IMG/VR virus record: IMGVR_UViG_3300026549_002476
DNA: 56,408 nucleotides
Source: a virus
Lineage: Duplodnaviria; Heunggongvirae; Uroviricota; Caudoviricetes
Direction: 5' to 3' (one strand)
Shown here: in pieces, positions 37,442-47,800 of the stretch
How positions within the stretch are numbered: the stretch's first letter is position 1
How the letters are laid out: every line of letters starts with the position of its first letter
Program-made: the position numbers and the translations under genes
Notes under the pieces: model-generated
What the model was told of the DNA's origin: nothing
Databases searched by the model: none
The model's input: only the letters and a program-made list of their open reading frames with translations

Positions 37442-37647
37442 ATTACAATAGGGATGTGGTACCCCTTATAAATAGAATAAACAGAGAGTTAAACAATGAA
37501 AGACCATTTAGGTTGAGCAGCACGGATGAATTGTGGAGTGTTGAGAGGATAATTAACTCTTCATATGCCGTTGATAGATTTTATACTGGCACATTGAGAG
37601 AGTGCTATTGCTATTTACTTGGTTTTGATAGAGCATTAAATAAATAA
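37429..37647 (+). CDS. Small hypothetical protein
   Basis: 72-aa ORF overlapping the end of the HPr-like gene, followed by a terminator. Confidence 0.6.
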   Translation: MAKLNYNRDVVPLINRINRELNNERPFRLSSTDELWSVERIINSSYAVDRFYTGTLRECYCYLLGFDRALNK

Positions 37648-37652
37648 GAACG

Positions 37653-37686
37653 ATAGGGAGCCTTGTTTAGAGGACTCCCTATTTTT
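37653..37686 (+). terminator. Intrinsic terminator
   Basis: ATAGGGAG / CTCCCTAT followed by Ts. Confidence 0.7.
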
Positions 37687-37951
37687 ATGCATAAATTAAA
37701 ATTGAGCTAGTATAAAGTACAAGAACTAAGAATTAATTAAGATTAGGCTAGAATAAAAACACATGGCTTATGAAATTTTTAATGTACTATAATTTACAAA
37801 ATAATGTGACATATTTTTTAACATTAAGAATGAAATTAAGATGAAATTTAAGAAATATTAGCTAGTGTGAATTTTTGTTCACTATACCAATAAAAAGTTG
37901 GTAAAACTAAATTGATAATAAGCGTACATTTTAAACAAGGAGTGATAAGCT

Positions 37952-38209
37952 ATGTTTGTTATTCTTGGAGCCTATGTAAAAGGTAACATAGTTAAGGCAT
38001 ATGAAATTCAAAATCTTGAAACTGGAGCATCTACTACTGCGATTCCAGCTACGGTACATCAACTTGCTATAAAACATAAGATTCTTAATGTTATGGCTAG
38101 AAAGATTAATGGTAAGATTTATATGATGGGCACAAATGGTTTTGATCTCAAAAAGATGCCAACTAAACAAGTTTCAAGTGACTTTATGAAAAATAGATCA
38201 ATTAGATAA
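37952..38209 (+). CDS. Stand-alone copy of the recurrent ~65-aa domain
   Basis: AAGGAG RBS. FVILGAYVKGNIVKAYEIQN...ILNVMARKINGKIYMMGTNG.DLKKMP. Confidence 0.75.
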   Translation: MFVILGAYVKGNIVKAYEIQNLETGASTTAIPATVHQLAIKHKILNVMARKINGKIYMMGTNGFDLKKMPTKQVSSDFMKNRSIR

Positions 38210-38227
38210 GAGAGATTAACAATATAA

Positions 38228-38992
38228 ATGAATCATATAATATATACTGCAATAACACTTGGAATTACAGTATTAGCCTATAAATTAGTTGGCAAGCTAT
38301 ATCAAAGAGTTCCAAAATCATCAGTTACTCGAACATTTATTTATGACGTTGTGAGAGTAACTGTTATAATTTTAGGAATACTTGGAGTTATTATTCAAAT
38401 ACCTTCAGCGGCTAATACATGGGATAGATTACTTGCAGGAAGTGGTGTAATAGCAGTAATAATAGGTTTAGCTGCACAAACATCCTTTGGGAATATTTTC
38501 AGTGGCATAATGATTTTGGTGTCTAAGCCATTTGAAATTGGGGATAGAATACAGATTGGTGAGGATGTTGGGTATGTAACTGGTTTAACCCTACAGTATA
38601 CAGTGATCACAACTTATTTAAATGAGGAAGTGACCATACCAAATTCAGTTGTAAGCTCAACGAGAATAAAGAATTATAGCAAGGTTAATGGAGCTTCTTA
38701 TCCGATTGAGATAACAGTCGGATATGATACTAACCTTGAAAAAGCTAAACAGATAATGATAGATGTTATTACTAAACATCCAAAATATAGTGATAAATTT
38801 GGAACTCCAACTGTACTGGTTAAAGAGGCTGGAGATTACGGAATTAAACTTAAGGTAGTTGTTACAACTGAAAAGCCAGAAGATAATGCAGTAGCTTGTT
38901 CTGATTGTCTAGAGGGGATAATAGTAGAGTTTCAAAAGGAAAGCATTGACATACCATATCCAATAGTAAACATTCAAAAGGATACAAATTAA
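38228..38992 (+). CDS. mscS: Small-conductance mechanosensitive channel
   Basis: Three TM helices, IIGLAAQTSFGNIFSGIMIL..KPFEIGDRI, G.V..L.L.YT.I, IPNS, ITVGYDTNLE. Confidence 0.9.
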   Translation: MNHIIYTAITLGITVLAYKLVGKLYQRVPKSSVTRTFIYDVVRVTVIILGILGVIIQIPSAANTWDRLLAGSGVIAVIIGLAAQTSFGNIFSGIMILVSKPFEIGDRIQIGEDVGYVTGLTLQYTVITTYLNEEVTIPNSVVSSTRIKNYSKVNGASYPIEITVGYDTNLEKAKQIMIDVITKHPKYSDKFGTPTVLVKEAGDYGIKLKVVVTTEKPEDNAVACSDCLEGIIVEFQKESIDIPYPIVNIQKDTN

Positions 38993-39056
38993 CAAATAAA
39001 ACAAAATTAATTTAAAAGTGACTAAGTATACTTCATTAAACAAAATATGAATTATA

Positions 39057-39098
39057 AATATACCATTTCTATGACATATGATATAGAAATGGTATATT
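39057..39098. repeat. 16-bp perfect inverted repeat (terminator or operator)
   Basis: AATATACCATTTCTAT (39057-39072) / ATAGAAATGGTATATT (39083-39098). Confidence 0.8.
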
Positions 39099-39140
39099 TA
39101 ATTTTTAATAATTACCAAGATTTTAGGAGGTAATAATAAT

Positions 39141-39794
39141 ATGGATAATCGAGCAAAAGATTTAAATGCAGACATAATTAAAGATATTGAAGATAGTAAT
39201 TCAAAAAATGTTGTAGCAGTTGAACCCACTAAAAAAGAAGAGGCTAAAACAAGAAAATCTGGCAGACCACTTGAAAAGTTTGCTATGACTGCTCGTTGTA
39301 TGAATGGTACTGAAGTTGTTGGGTATTACATTGTAAGCAGCACGAGTCCAAAATCAATTTATATAAGTAAAGAAGTTGCAGCTTTCCTTGTTGGTCAGAA
39401 TCGTGTAAAAAATGTTCAAGGTGCCCTTACAGATAAAGGAATAACACTTACTGGGGTTAATGGGTTTAAAGTTTCTGAACTTCCAACTGCTCAGATGAAG
39501 ATTGAAAATGGTAAGGTAGTAGGTATTGAATCAACTAAAAATGGTAAGGTTGGACTTAATGATAGAAGCATGCTACCAAGAGTAACAAAGATAATTAAGA
39601 AAGATAAAGCAATTATTGGAGTAGAAACTGTTGATGATAAATATGGAACTAGAAGGCTAAATTTGATAGAGTTTGAGACACTTGGTTTAAAAAGGCAGTT
39701 TAGCAATGTATATATTCAGAAATATAATGGAAGGTTTGTACCTCATGGCATTAATTGTAACTGGGGTGATATTCCTGTTGAGCAAGTTCAATAA
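39141..39794 (+). CDS. Protein with two copies of the recurrent domain
   Basis: TARCMNGTEVVGYYIVS...VAAFLVGQNRVKNV...GVNG..VSELP and VTKIIKKDKAIIGVE...QFSNVYIQKYNG...GDIP. Confidence 0.75.
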   Translation: MDNRAKDLNADIIKDIEDSNSKNVVAVEPTKKEEAKTRKSGRPLEKFAMTARCMNGTEVVGYYIVSSTSPKSIYISKEVAAFLVGQNRVKNVQGALTDKGITLTGVNGFKVSELPTAQMKIENGKVVGIESTKNGKVGLNDRSMLPRVTKIIKKDKAIIGVETVDDKYGTRRLNLIEFETLGLKRQFSNVYIQKYNGRFVPHGINCNWGDIPVEQVQ

Positions 39795-39808
39795 TGAGGT
39801 GATAAAAT

Positions 39809-40105
39809 ATGTACAGTATGGTAACACTGAATGGATTTAAAGATCCATTTAATGATAATAAAAATCTTATGTTATATGTTAAGCCAGATGAATGTGCTTA
39901 TGTATACTTTGATAAGCAAATTAAGGCCATAGTAAGGATAGTTTATTATCAAAAACCTACAGAGGGTTGTAAAATACAGTACTTAAAGGATATTCATTTG
40001 GCACCATACAGAACAAATAATTATCCAGGATTTGCAAGGATGCCAGAAAAATATTATGATTTAGCATTCTATATTGCAAGTGCCTTTAGAACATTACAAA
40101 AATAA
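39809..40105 (+). CDS. Hypothetical protein
   Basis: 98-aa ORF with GAGGTG RBS. Confidence 0.65.
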   Translation: MYSMVTLNGFKDPFNDNKNLMLYVKPDECAYVYFDKQIKAIVRIVYYQKPTEGCKIQYLKDIHLAPYRTNNYPGFARMPEKYYDLAFYIASAFRTLQK

Positions 40106-40119
40106 CAGGGGTAAAGAAT

Positions 40120-40647
40120 ATGGGTAACATTATAATGTATAAGCTAGCCTATGTAGTTAAAAATGGAACAATGGTTACTGGGTATGGTCTTGTAGATTCT
40201 GAGACTAGAAGGCCAAAAACTTATAATAGAGAGCAGGTTGCATTTTTAGCTGGTCGTAAGCAAATAATTGGTTTAGCCAGCCAGATTAGTAATGGAGCAG
40301 TAATTTATAAGGGAACAAAAATTCCACTTAAAAATCTTCCAGTTAAACAGCAAGCAGCACCTAATAGAGCTGTAGTAACTGATAGTCAAGATAAAGCCTA
40401 TGTGGTTACACCTGGAGCAAGGGGTCGTAAATCTTTATCCACTAATGGTAGATATATGATTGTTGGCACAGTACAAAGTAAAGATAATAAGCACATTACT
40501 GAAGGATACAAGGTAGCTGACAGAAAATCTGGTAAAACAGATATTCTTAGTAAGGAACAGGTTGTAAAGTTGATTAGTCAAAATCAGGTTGTAAATGCTA
40601 GAGTTCAAGTTTGGAATGGGCGTACAATCATCAGACTTAAGAAGTGA
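40120..40647 (+). CDS. Protein with two copies of the recurrent domain
   Basis: KLAYVVKNGTMVTGYGLVD...EQVAFLAGRKQIIG...LKNLP and MIVGTV....ITEGYKVAD...KEQVVKLISQNQVVNARVQVWNGRTIIR. Confidence 0.75.
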   Translation: MGNIIMYKLAYVVKNGTMVTGYGLVDSETRRPKTYNREQVAFLAGRKQIIGLASQISNGAVIYKGTKIPLKNLPVKQQAAPNRAVVTDSQDKAYVVTPGARGRKSLSTNGRYMIVGTVQSKDNKHITEGYKVADRKSGKTDILSKEQVVKLISQNQVVNARVQVWNGRTIIRLKK

Positions 40648-40678
40648 TAACAAATAATAAATTTTAATAAGCACATAT

Positions 40679-40719
40679 AAAATGGATGAACTCTAAGTAA
40701 CTTAGGTTCATCCATTTTT
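40679..40719 (+). terminator. Intrinsic terminator
   Basis: AAAATGGATGAAC / GTTCATCCATTTT, after ORF 40120. Confidence 0.75.
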
Positions 40720-40847
40720 AACGAGAATTGGTTTAATATCAGCTTTCAAATGAGCCAATAATTATAACTTACTAAATAATTTATTTTTAATAATAATTAT
40801 AAAGTTCACAGGTTGTATGCTTATATTAATGGCATGAGGTGATTAAG

Positions 40848-41234
40848 ATGACAATTACAATTAAGCGAGATACAAGATGGAATAAGAAAGTTAAAGTTGG
40901 TATGATTCATGGACGATATCCATATAAAATGTACCTTGAAGTTGAAGGAAACAGTAAGATAGGTAATTATATCGTGGTTGTAGGAAATGAACCACTAGGA
41001 AATGGACTGGTAAACTCTGTAATTATCCAAACAACTGATGATACTGTTGAAGATACTGATAAAAATTTTAATAAACCTAATATGATTGGTAAGTATCATA
41101 TTAAATATACTGTGATTGAAGTTAGTCCACTTGATGTACCACTTGATGAGAAGATGATCGTATTTAACAAAGTTAAGGAACGTCAGAAGAGTATTGTAGA
41201 TCTTGTCAAGGAAAGAGAAAGCGGAAATGTTTAA
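40848..41234 (+). CDS. Hypothetical protein (start revised from 40839)
   Basis: GAGGTG RBS precedes the ATG at 40848. Confidence 0.6.
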   Translation: MTITIKRDTRWNKKVKVGMIHGRYPYKMYLEVEGNSKIGNYIVVVGNEPLGNGLVNSVIIQTTDDTVEDTDKNFNKPNMIGKYHIKYTVIEVSPLDVPLDEKMIVFNKVKERQKSIVDLVKERESGNV

Positions 41235-42906
41235 TAAGATTAAATTGAAATTAGCAGCTGTGCTTAGTTTATGCATTTTGTTAGCATTAAATGGCTGTGG
41301 TGAAAAAAGTTCAGAAGATGCTAAGAGGATAATAAAAGAGGCTTTATCATCTGACTTTAGCAATGTAACTGTAAACATTGAGTCAGAAAATGTAATGACT
41401 ATCACTAAAGTTGGAAATAAGATAACTGATTCTAATGGCAATGAGTTGGACTCAGATCTTTTTGGATATAAAACAGCTGATGCTAATATAAACAGTGATA
41501 TTACAGTCAATATAGATGGAAATGTATCTCATACCAAAGCAACTCAAGTAAATACAATGCTTAATAATACAGAAACAGTAAGCATGGATGCATATACTGA
41601 TGGTAATATACAGTATGTGCATTATACAAACTCTGATGAGTCCAATGATTCTGGCTGGATCAAATCAGATTATGATAATACAACGGATTTATCAGAAGCA
41701 AGCTTAATAGATATAGATGACATTGAAGATATTAAGTGTACTAGAAAAGGTGCTGAGTATACAATAACTGGTACGATACTTGGTAAGTACTTGAATACAA
41801 CAGATGAATTTGATTCAGATATACTTGATGCAATTAAAGATCAGAAATTTGACCTCGAGTTTAAGATTACAAATAGTAATGAGATAGAAGAGATAAGCTT
41901 AGAATATACTGGGGATTTAAAAGTTGGTGATGAATCTAACGGATATAAAATGGTTCTTAAGCAACTAAAATATAGTATACAATATTCAGAATTTGGTACA
42001 ACTAAGGTAGAAATTCCAGAAACAGTTATAAATAATGCAAAAGATTCATCTGAAGTTGATACAGATAAAGATAAGTCACCCGCAAATAGTGATAGTGATA
42101 GCAAAGTAAGTTCAATAAATGCAGAGACAAATGGGGTTAAGACTGGCGCAATAGAATTTGATAGCTTTTTAATTGATTTGCCATATAATTGTTATGGAAT
42201 AACAAAGCAAGTAAATAGCCTAGATGCTTTGCTTGTAACTAATAAGAGCCAAGATGAAGGAATGATAATCTTCAAATATGAGGCTAAAGACCAAAACAAT
42301 GAAAATTTTGAAAAGAATTCTGTTGAAGCATTGAATGATGGTTTAAATGAAACAAAATTTTCTGAAGATATATTAGGAAAGACACTTGACACTGATAATT
42401 ATAAAATACAGTGTATGCTGGTAGATAATTCAATAATATTTACAGTAGGATCAAATGAGTCTAACATAGTGTATACATTAGTTGACTATAATGATTCTAA
42501 AACATACACAGCTAGGAAATATGATTTAAAAGTTATATTAAGAAGTTTCCTTAGTGATATAAGTGGACAAGATGAAATAGCTACAGTTAATTTTTATATT
42601 GATGGATTGTTTGATCCAGATGAGAAATTATGCAAGAGTTTGTTTGGTGTTGATCATATAAATTATGAGGAGATCAAAGACTATATAGATGCAACATTAA
42701 CAAAAGATTTAGCTAAAGCACTTGTTAAATACATTAGCAATTATGATTATGATGGATTTGTGGATCAGATAAAACAATGGAAGTACATGAGTGAAGATGA
42801 AAAAACAGCTTGTATAATGATAAGTGAACTAGGGGTTTGTAGTACAGATGATTTAGTAGCTTATGGAGCTTCTCAAGATGACATTGATAACATATTAAAT
42901 AAATAG
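41227..42906 (+). CDS. Acidic lipoprotein with LolA-like/DUF6612-like N-region (start revised from 41203)
   Basis: MFNKIKLKLAAVLSLCILLALNGC lipobox. The N-region resembles that of ORF 4830 (..Y....G.W.K..; I.YS.(F/Y)...V.IP..V). Confidence 0.7.
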   Translation: MFNKIKLKLAAVLSLCILLALNGCGEKSSEDAKRIIKEALSSDFSNVTVNIESENVMTITKVGNKITDSNGNELDSDLFGYKTADANINSDITVNIDGNVSHTKATQVNTMLNNTETVSMDAYTDGNIQYVHYTNSDESNDSGWIKSDYDNTTDLSEASLIDIDDIEDIKCTRKGAEYTITGTILGKYLNTTDEFDSDILDAIKDQKFDLEFKITNSNEIEEISLEYTGDLKVGDESNGYKMVLKQLKYSIQYSEFGTTKVEIPETVINNAKDSSEVDTDKDKSPANSDSDSKVSSINAETNGVKTGAIEFDSFLIDLPYNCYGITKQVNSLDALLVTNKSQDEGMIIFKYEAKDQNNENFEKNSVEALNDGLNETKFSEDILGKTLDTDNYKIQCMLVDNSIIFTVGSNESNIVYTLVDYNDSKTYTARKYDLKVILRSFLSDISGQDEIATVNFYIDGLFDPDEKLCKSLFGVDHINYEEIKDYIDATLTKDLAKALVKYISNYDYDGFVDQIKQWKYMSEDEKTACIMISELGVCSTDDLVAYGASQDDIDNILNK

Positions 42907-42914
42907 GATTAAGT

Positions 42915-44177
42915 ATGAATGACATATTGACAAAATCTCAAACAACTGCATTTAAAGTAATGCTACAAGGTTACAATGTATTTTTAACAGGTGGGGCTGG
43001 AACAGGTAAAAGTTTTGTAATTGATAAATACATTGAGTATTTAAAATCACATAATAGAAATGTAATGACAACTGCTCCAACTGGTATAGCTGCTTTAAAT
43101 ATAAATGGTGTAACTGTTCATAGGGCATTTGGAGTCCCAGTGAAGCCATTAACTGAAACACCAGAAAAGATAAATAAGAATTTAAAATATACTGATGTTA
43201 TAATCATAGATGAAATAAGTATGTGTAGAATTGATTTGTTTGAATACATAATGAAAATGATTATAGCAGATAATCTTAGAAGAAGAAAAGAATATAAAAA
43301 AGATATACAAGTAATAGTTGTTGGAGATTTCTTTCAACTTCCACCAGTTATACCAAAGAAAGATAAAGACATATTGGATGACTATTATGAAAATGATGTA
43401 AAACATGGGTATGCCTTTCAATCAAAATATTGGCATTACATGAGATTTATAGGAATAAATCTTAATGAAATTGTAAGACAGAAGGATTTAAACTTTGCAG
43501 CCAGTTTGAATCAAGTCCGAATAGGAAACTATCAAGGGTTTCAATACATATGTAATAATTATTCTAAAACGTCAGATAATAAAGCCATTACAGTTTGTGG
43601 AAAAAACTCTGTAGCAACCGAAATAAACAATAGAGAATTAGGTAAAATACAGAGTAAATCAAAGGTTTACAGGTCAAAAATAACTGGAGATGTAAAGGAA
43701 AGTGACAAAGCAACAGTTGATGAGCTAGAGTTAAGAGTTGGTGCTCGTGTAATGACTTTGATAAATGATCCATATACAATTTATCAGAATGGATCATTAG
43801 GGACTGTTGTTAGGCTTGATAAAAATAAGATAGAAGTAGCATTTGATAGTGGTTTAAGGGCAGATATAGAAGTAAATACTTGGGAGATAAAGAAGTATAC
43901 TTTTATAAATCATAAATTACATGAAGATGTTATAGGAACATTTTCACAGATACCTGTAAAATTAGCTTACGCGATAACAGTATATAAAAGTCAAGGACAG
44001 ACATTTGATGCAGTGAACATAGTTCCTGATTGTTGGGAACCAGGTCAGTTTTATACAGCTGTATCAAGATGTAAATATTTAGAAACAATGCATTTTACGA
44101 AAGAGCCAAATAGATGGAGTATGAAAACAGCTCAAGAAGTGATTGACTTTTATAAAGGGAATGTTAAGTTTATATAG
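42915..44177 (+). CDS. PIF1/RecD-like SF1B helicase
   Basis: VFLTGGAGTGKS, TAPTGIAA.NI.G.T.H, IIIDEISM, GDFFQLPPV, LNEIVRQKD, PVKLAYAITVYKSQGQT, GQFYTAVSR. Confidence 0.92.
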   Translation: MNDILTKSQTTAFKVMLQGYNVFLTGGAGTGKSFVIDKYIEYLKSHNRNVMTTAPTGIAALNINGVTVHRAFGVPVKPLTETPEKINKNLKYTDVIIIDEISMCRIDLFEYIMKMIIADNLRRRKEYKKDIQVIVVGDFFQLPPVIPKKDKDILDDYYENDVKHGYAFQSKYWHYMRFIGINLNEIVRQKDLNFAASLNQVRIGNYQGFQYICNNYSKTSDNKAITVCGKNSVATEINNRELGKIQSKSKVYRSKITGDVKESDKATVDELELRVGARVMTLINDPYTIYQNGSLGTVVRLDKNKIEVAFDSGLRADIEVNTWEIKKYTFINHKLHEDVIGTFSQIPVKLAYAITVYKSQGQTFDAVNIVPDCWEPGQFYTAVSRCKYLETMHFTKEPNRWSMKTAQEVIDFYKGNVKFI

Positions 44178-44295
44178 ACATTCATAAAGGCATAAAAACT
44201 ATATAATCAAAAAATTAGATTAAAAATGTCAAAATCCGTGATGATTAAAATTTAAGCGAAGATTATTTATAATAGCAAGGAAAGCGGTAATTGAC

Positions 44296-44811
44296 ATGAA
44301 TATGGAAGAAGTGGATTACATAGAGGCACTTGGTAAGGACATACTAAAATCAAAAGCTTACCAAGATGCTTTAAAGCAAAAACATCATTTTAAATGTACA
44401 GTTGGTGTTCATATGATGGACACAGCTTATTACAGTTACAAGATATGTAAAATTTTAAACAAGCTTGGAATAAAAACAGATACAGATGAATTAATAATTG
44501 CTTGTTTGTGCCATGACTTAGGTATTGTGGGTAACAGATATAATAAGTATAAGAGCGGACCTGAGTGCTGTAGGATGCACCCGTTAGATAGTATTCCTAT
44601 AGCAGACTCAATAACTGGTGGGCTTACAGATAAAGAAATAAACATAATAAAAAGGCACATGTGGCCTGTGACAGTGATTCCGCCAAAGTGTAAAGAAGGG
44701 TTTATACTTACAATAGTTGATAAGTACTGTGCAATTTGTGAGAGTACTGGAATAATAAATAGAGATAGAGTTGATAATCAGATCAGAATTGGGTTACTAC
44801 AATACGAATAA
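44296..44811 (+). CDS. HD-domain phosphohydrolase
   Basis: QKHH....V..H, CLCHDLG, MHP, IIKRHMWP, IVDK.CA. Confidence 0.8.
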   Translation: MNMEEVDYIEALGKDILKSKAYQDALKQKHHFKCTVGVHMMDTAYYSYKICKILNKLGIKTDTDELIIACLCHDLGIVGNRYNKYKSGPECCRMHPLDSIPIADSITGGLTDKEINIIKRHMWPVTVIPPKCKEGFILTIVDKYCAICESTGIINRDRVDNQIRIGLLQYE

Positions 44812-44821
44812 TTGATAAGGT

Positions 44822-47800
44822 ATGGTGAAGGTTATGAATACAGTAAACTGCCTAGTAGTTGGTGTATATAGAAACAAAACAGACATAGTTGGTTTTAAAC
44901 TAATACGTTATTCAGATCATCAACAATTTGATATATCCTATGCAAATACTTGCTTGCATATCAAAAATGGTAGTTTGCATGTACAAAATCTTGAACTTGT
45001 AAATGGACAGTTAAAGTTTATAGGTGGTGCTGAATCAAGATATGATGATCCAAAGGGCATTGTCAATAAGCTCGTAATACTTGATGAAGTATACGATAGA
45101 AAAACTGGGACATTGGTGTATTATGATGTAGCGTCTGCTATAGGTAAGGTTACTAGAAATAGTGTTAATACAATACTCAATTATGCTATTGCAAATAATA
45201 AAAAAGGTATTAATGTACTTGCTAATGCTAAATTGATAAACAAAAATGGTAAGTATATAATTTCTAGCATTGAGGGAACTTATCCAATATTAAGTGTGGA
45301 TATTCCTAGAACACCTGTAAGCAAACCAGCTACAAAACCTGAAGCTACGAAACCTGAAGCTACGAAACCTGAAGCTACGAAACCTGAAGCTACGAAACAA
45401 ACAGATGCCAATAGTGTATCTCAAGAAGTTGTAAATAAGATACGCAAGTGCATGTCTTATCCTGATTTTCATGATAGCTTTGCTGAAAAAGTCAGTTTAA
45501 CCATAAAGAAGTTTAAAAAGTGTTCTCCGAAACAAGAAGCAGTACTCGATAGATTTATAAATGAGCACAAGGATGAAGAAGTAACTGTAAGAAGGGTTGA
45601 GCCAGTTGAAGATGAAATTAAGGAAGTACCAAAGGTAGATCAGAAGAAACCTGAAGTAGATCAGAAGAAACCTGAAGTAGATCAGAAGAAACCTGAAGTA
45701 GCCGAAGTTGAAGTTTCTAAGCCAACCCCAGTAAAATCTAAAGTAGATACTTATGATGCTAACAGGATAATAAGAGTTTACAGCAATTATCAGACAGTAT
45801 CAAATAATGACTTAACATACAAAGTTACTGGAAATACCAATGAAGTTTATGTAGCAAGACTTTTAAATCATGATCTTAAAAACATAATAATTCCAGATGA
45901 TGTTGCAATAGATGGAAAAACTTATGATGTAGTTGGTATTACAAGTGGAGCTTTTGCTAATGAAGACATAAAAAGTATTAAATGTGGGCCTAAGATGAGA
46001 GATATTGGGCCTGGGGCATTTGAGGCTTCACATATAGAATTTGCAGATTTATCAGATACTAAAATTACTTTAATAGCTAGCAGAACTTTTCTTAACTGCA
46101 GGTTTTTGAAATATGTAAAGTTAAATAATTTGATTGAACGTATACATGAATATGCTTTTGCAGAGTCCAGTTTGGAGTCAATAACTCTACCTGATACAAC
46201 TATGACAATTTCTGCTAAAGCATTTGAGAATTGTAAAAACCTTCAAAGTGTTAATGCAAAACCAAAGTTTGTAAATGATGGAGCATTCTGTGGGGATAGA
46301 AAGCTTTCAGTATTTGACTTTAGTAATATTAATTCCATAGCTCCATTTGCATTTTGCGGCTGTGCTTTCGAAGAAATTGAAATATCTGAATCTACTGTGA
46401 CAATAGGTTCAAAGGCATTCTTAAACAATCTTGAACTTAGTAAAGTTAATATAAAAGATGGTGTTTCTGCCATTGGGGACAATGCATTTTTCAGAATTGA
46501 CTTCGGTAGGAGAGGAGTCACAGATATTAAGTTAGCAGTTGGAAAGCCACCTAAAGATAAAAAATTAGAAATAACTGTTCCAAAGTCTGTAAAAGAAATT
46601 GGACATAATGCTTTTGGAGCAGCAAGTTTAGTTTACACTTATACTGGTTCCTATTGTGAATCATATTGCAACGGTTATAGTGTACCATGTATGCTGTTGG
46701 ATAGTGCAAATACAGAAAATACAACAGCAATAAGAAGAAAATCTGCTTTTCTTGGTACAAGTCCAATGCAGAGCATTTATAATAGATTATCTGCTAATGC
46801 TCCAGATGCAGCTAACCCAGAGTATTCTTTAAGATATGACAAGTTAACTGATATAGATGCAGGTGCACAATTATTAAAGGCACTTAAAGTACCGATCGGA
46901 TCAAATCCGATAGATCCATCAATAAAGTTTAAAGCTATTGTAAACTATTTACAGGATGTAAGTGGCTATTATAAAGATCCATTAACAAATGAAGTATTAA
47001 GGCTTAGCAGGGCGTTTAATATTCATAATGAAGTTTTATACACAGACTCATGGAATTCTGTTAATAAAGTGTCTTATGAAATGATGGATACTTTGGATAA
47101 GGGTAGTTTCATAATGGTTACAAGTGGAACTAAACTGCTATATGTATCTCCATTGGCTCCTGAAACAGATATATTGGTTAATCCACAGAGTTTTAATGAT
47201 GAAGCTTTACCAATAAATGGAATTATTCATTCTGGAGATAAGCTTGGTAGAGATGGTGTTATAGCTAGCTATAAAGCCTATCTTGGACCTGATGAACATC
47301 ATGGATACATAGATGTTGGTATATTATATGCTAATAAGCTATTCCATCAAGGTATTGGCATAAGGAAAACCAGAAAAGACTATTATTTGTATGTGCCATG
47401 TGAAAATATTGTATTGTACATACATGACGATGGTAAGAATATAGAAGAAAACTTTCATGACAGGGATGAAAGAGATATAGGAACATTAACTATTGTACAG
47501 ATGATCTCATATGTGGAATTTATAAATGAGGTTAAAGATAAGATCATTAGAAGTGGCGGGGATGACAGAAGATTCTTTGATACAGTAAAGAGTTTTTCAA
47601 GTACTGAAATTAATAATAGAATAACAAGTACTGGTTTAATCCAAGAAGAAAAACAAGCTCAGCTATTTAGAATTTCTAAGGCATTTAATGAAATAGTTAT
47701 TAAAGCTGGAGATGTAAGAATTACACCGAATTATTTGACACAAGACTTGTTTGATGGATTGTGCAACAGTTATTGGATGGTTCCAAAGGATAGTCAGTGG

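Noticed and set aside
40848-41234. Possible MazF/PemK-like toxin (YIVVVGNE...VII.TT)
   Set aside because: Only a loose hydrophobic pattern. The conserved RP motif is absent and no adjacent antitoxin is evident.
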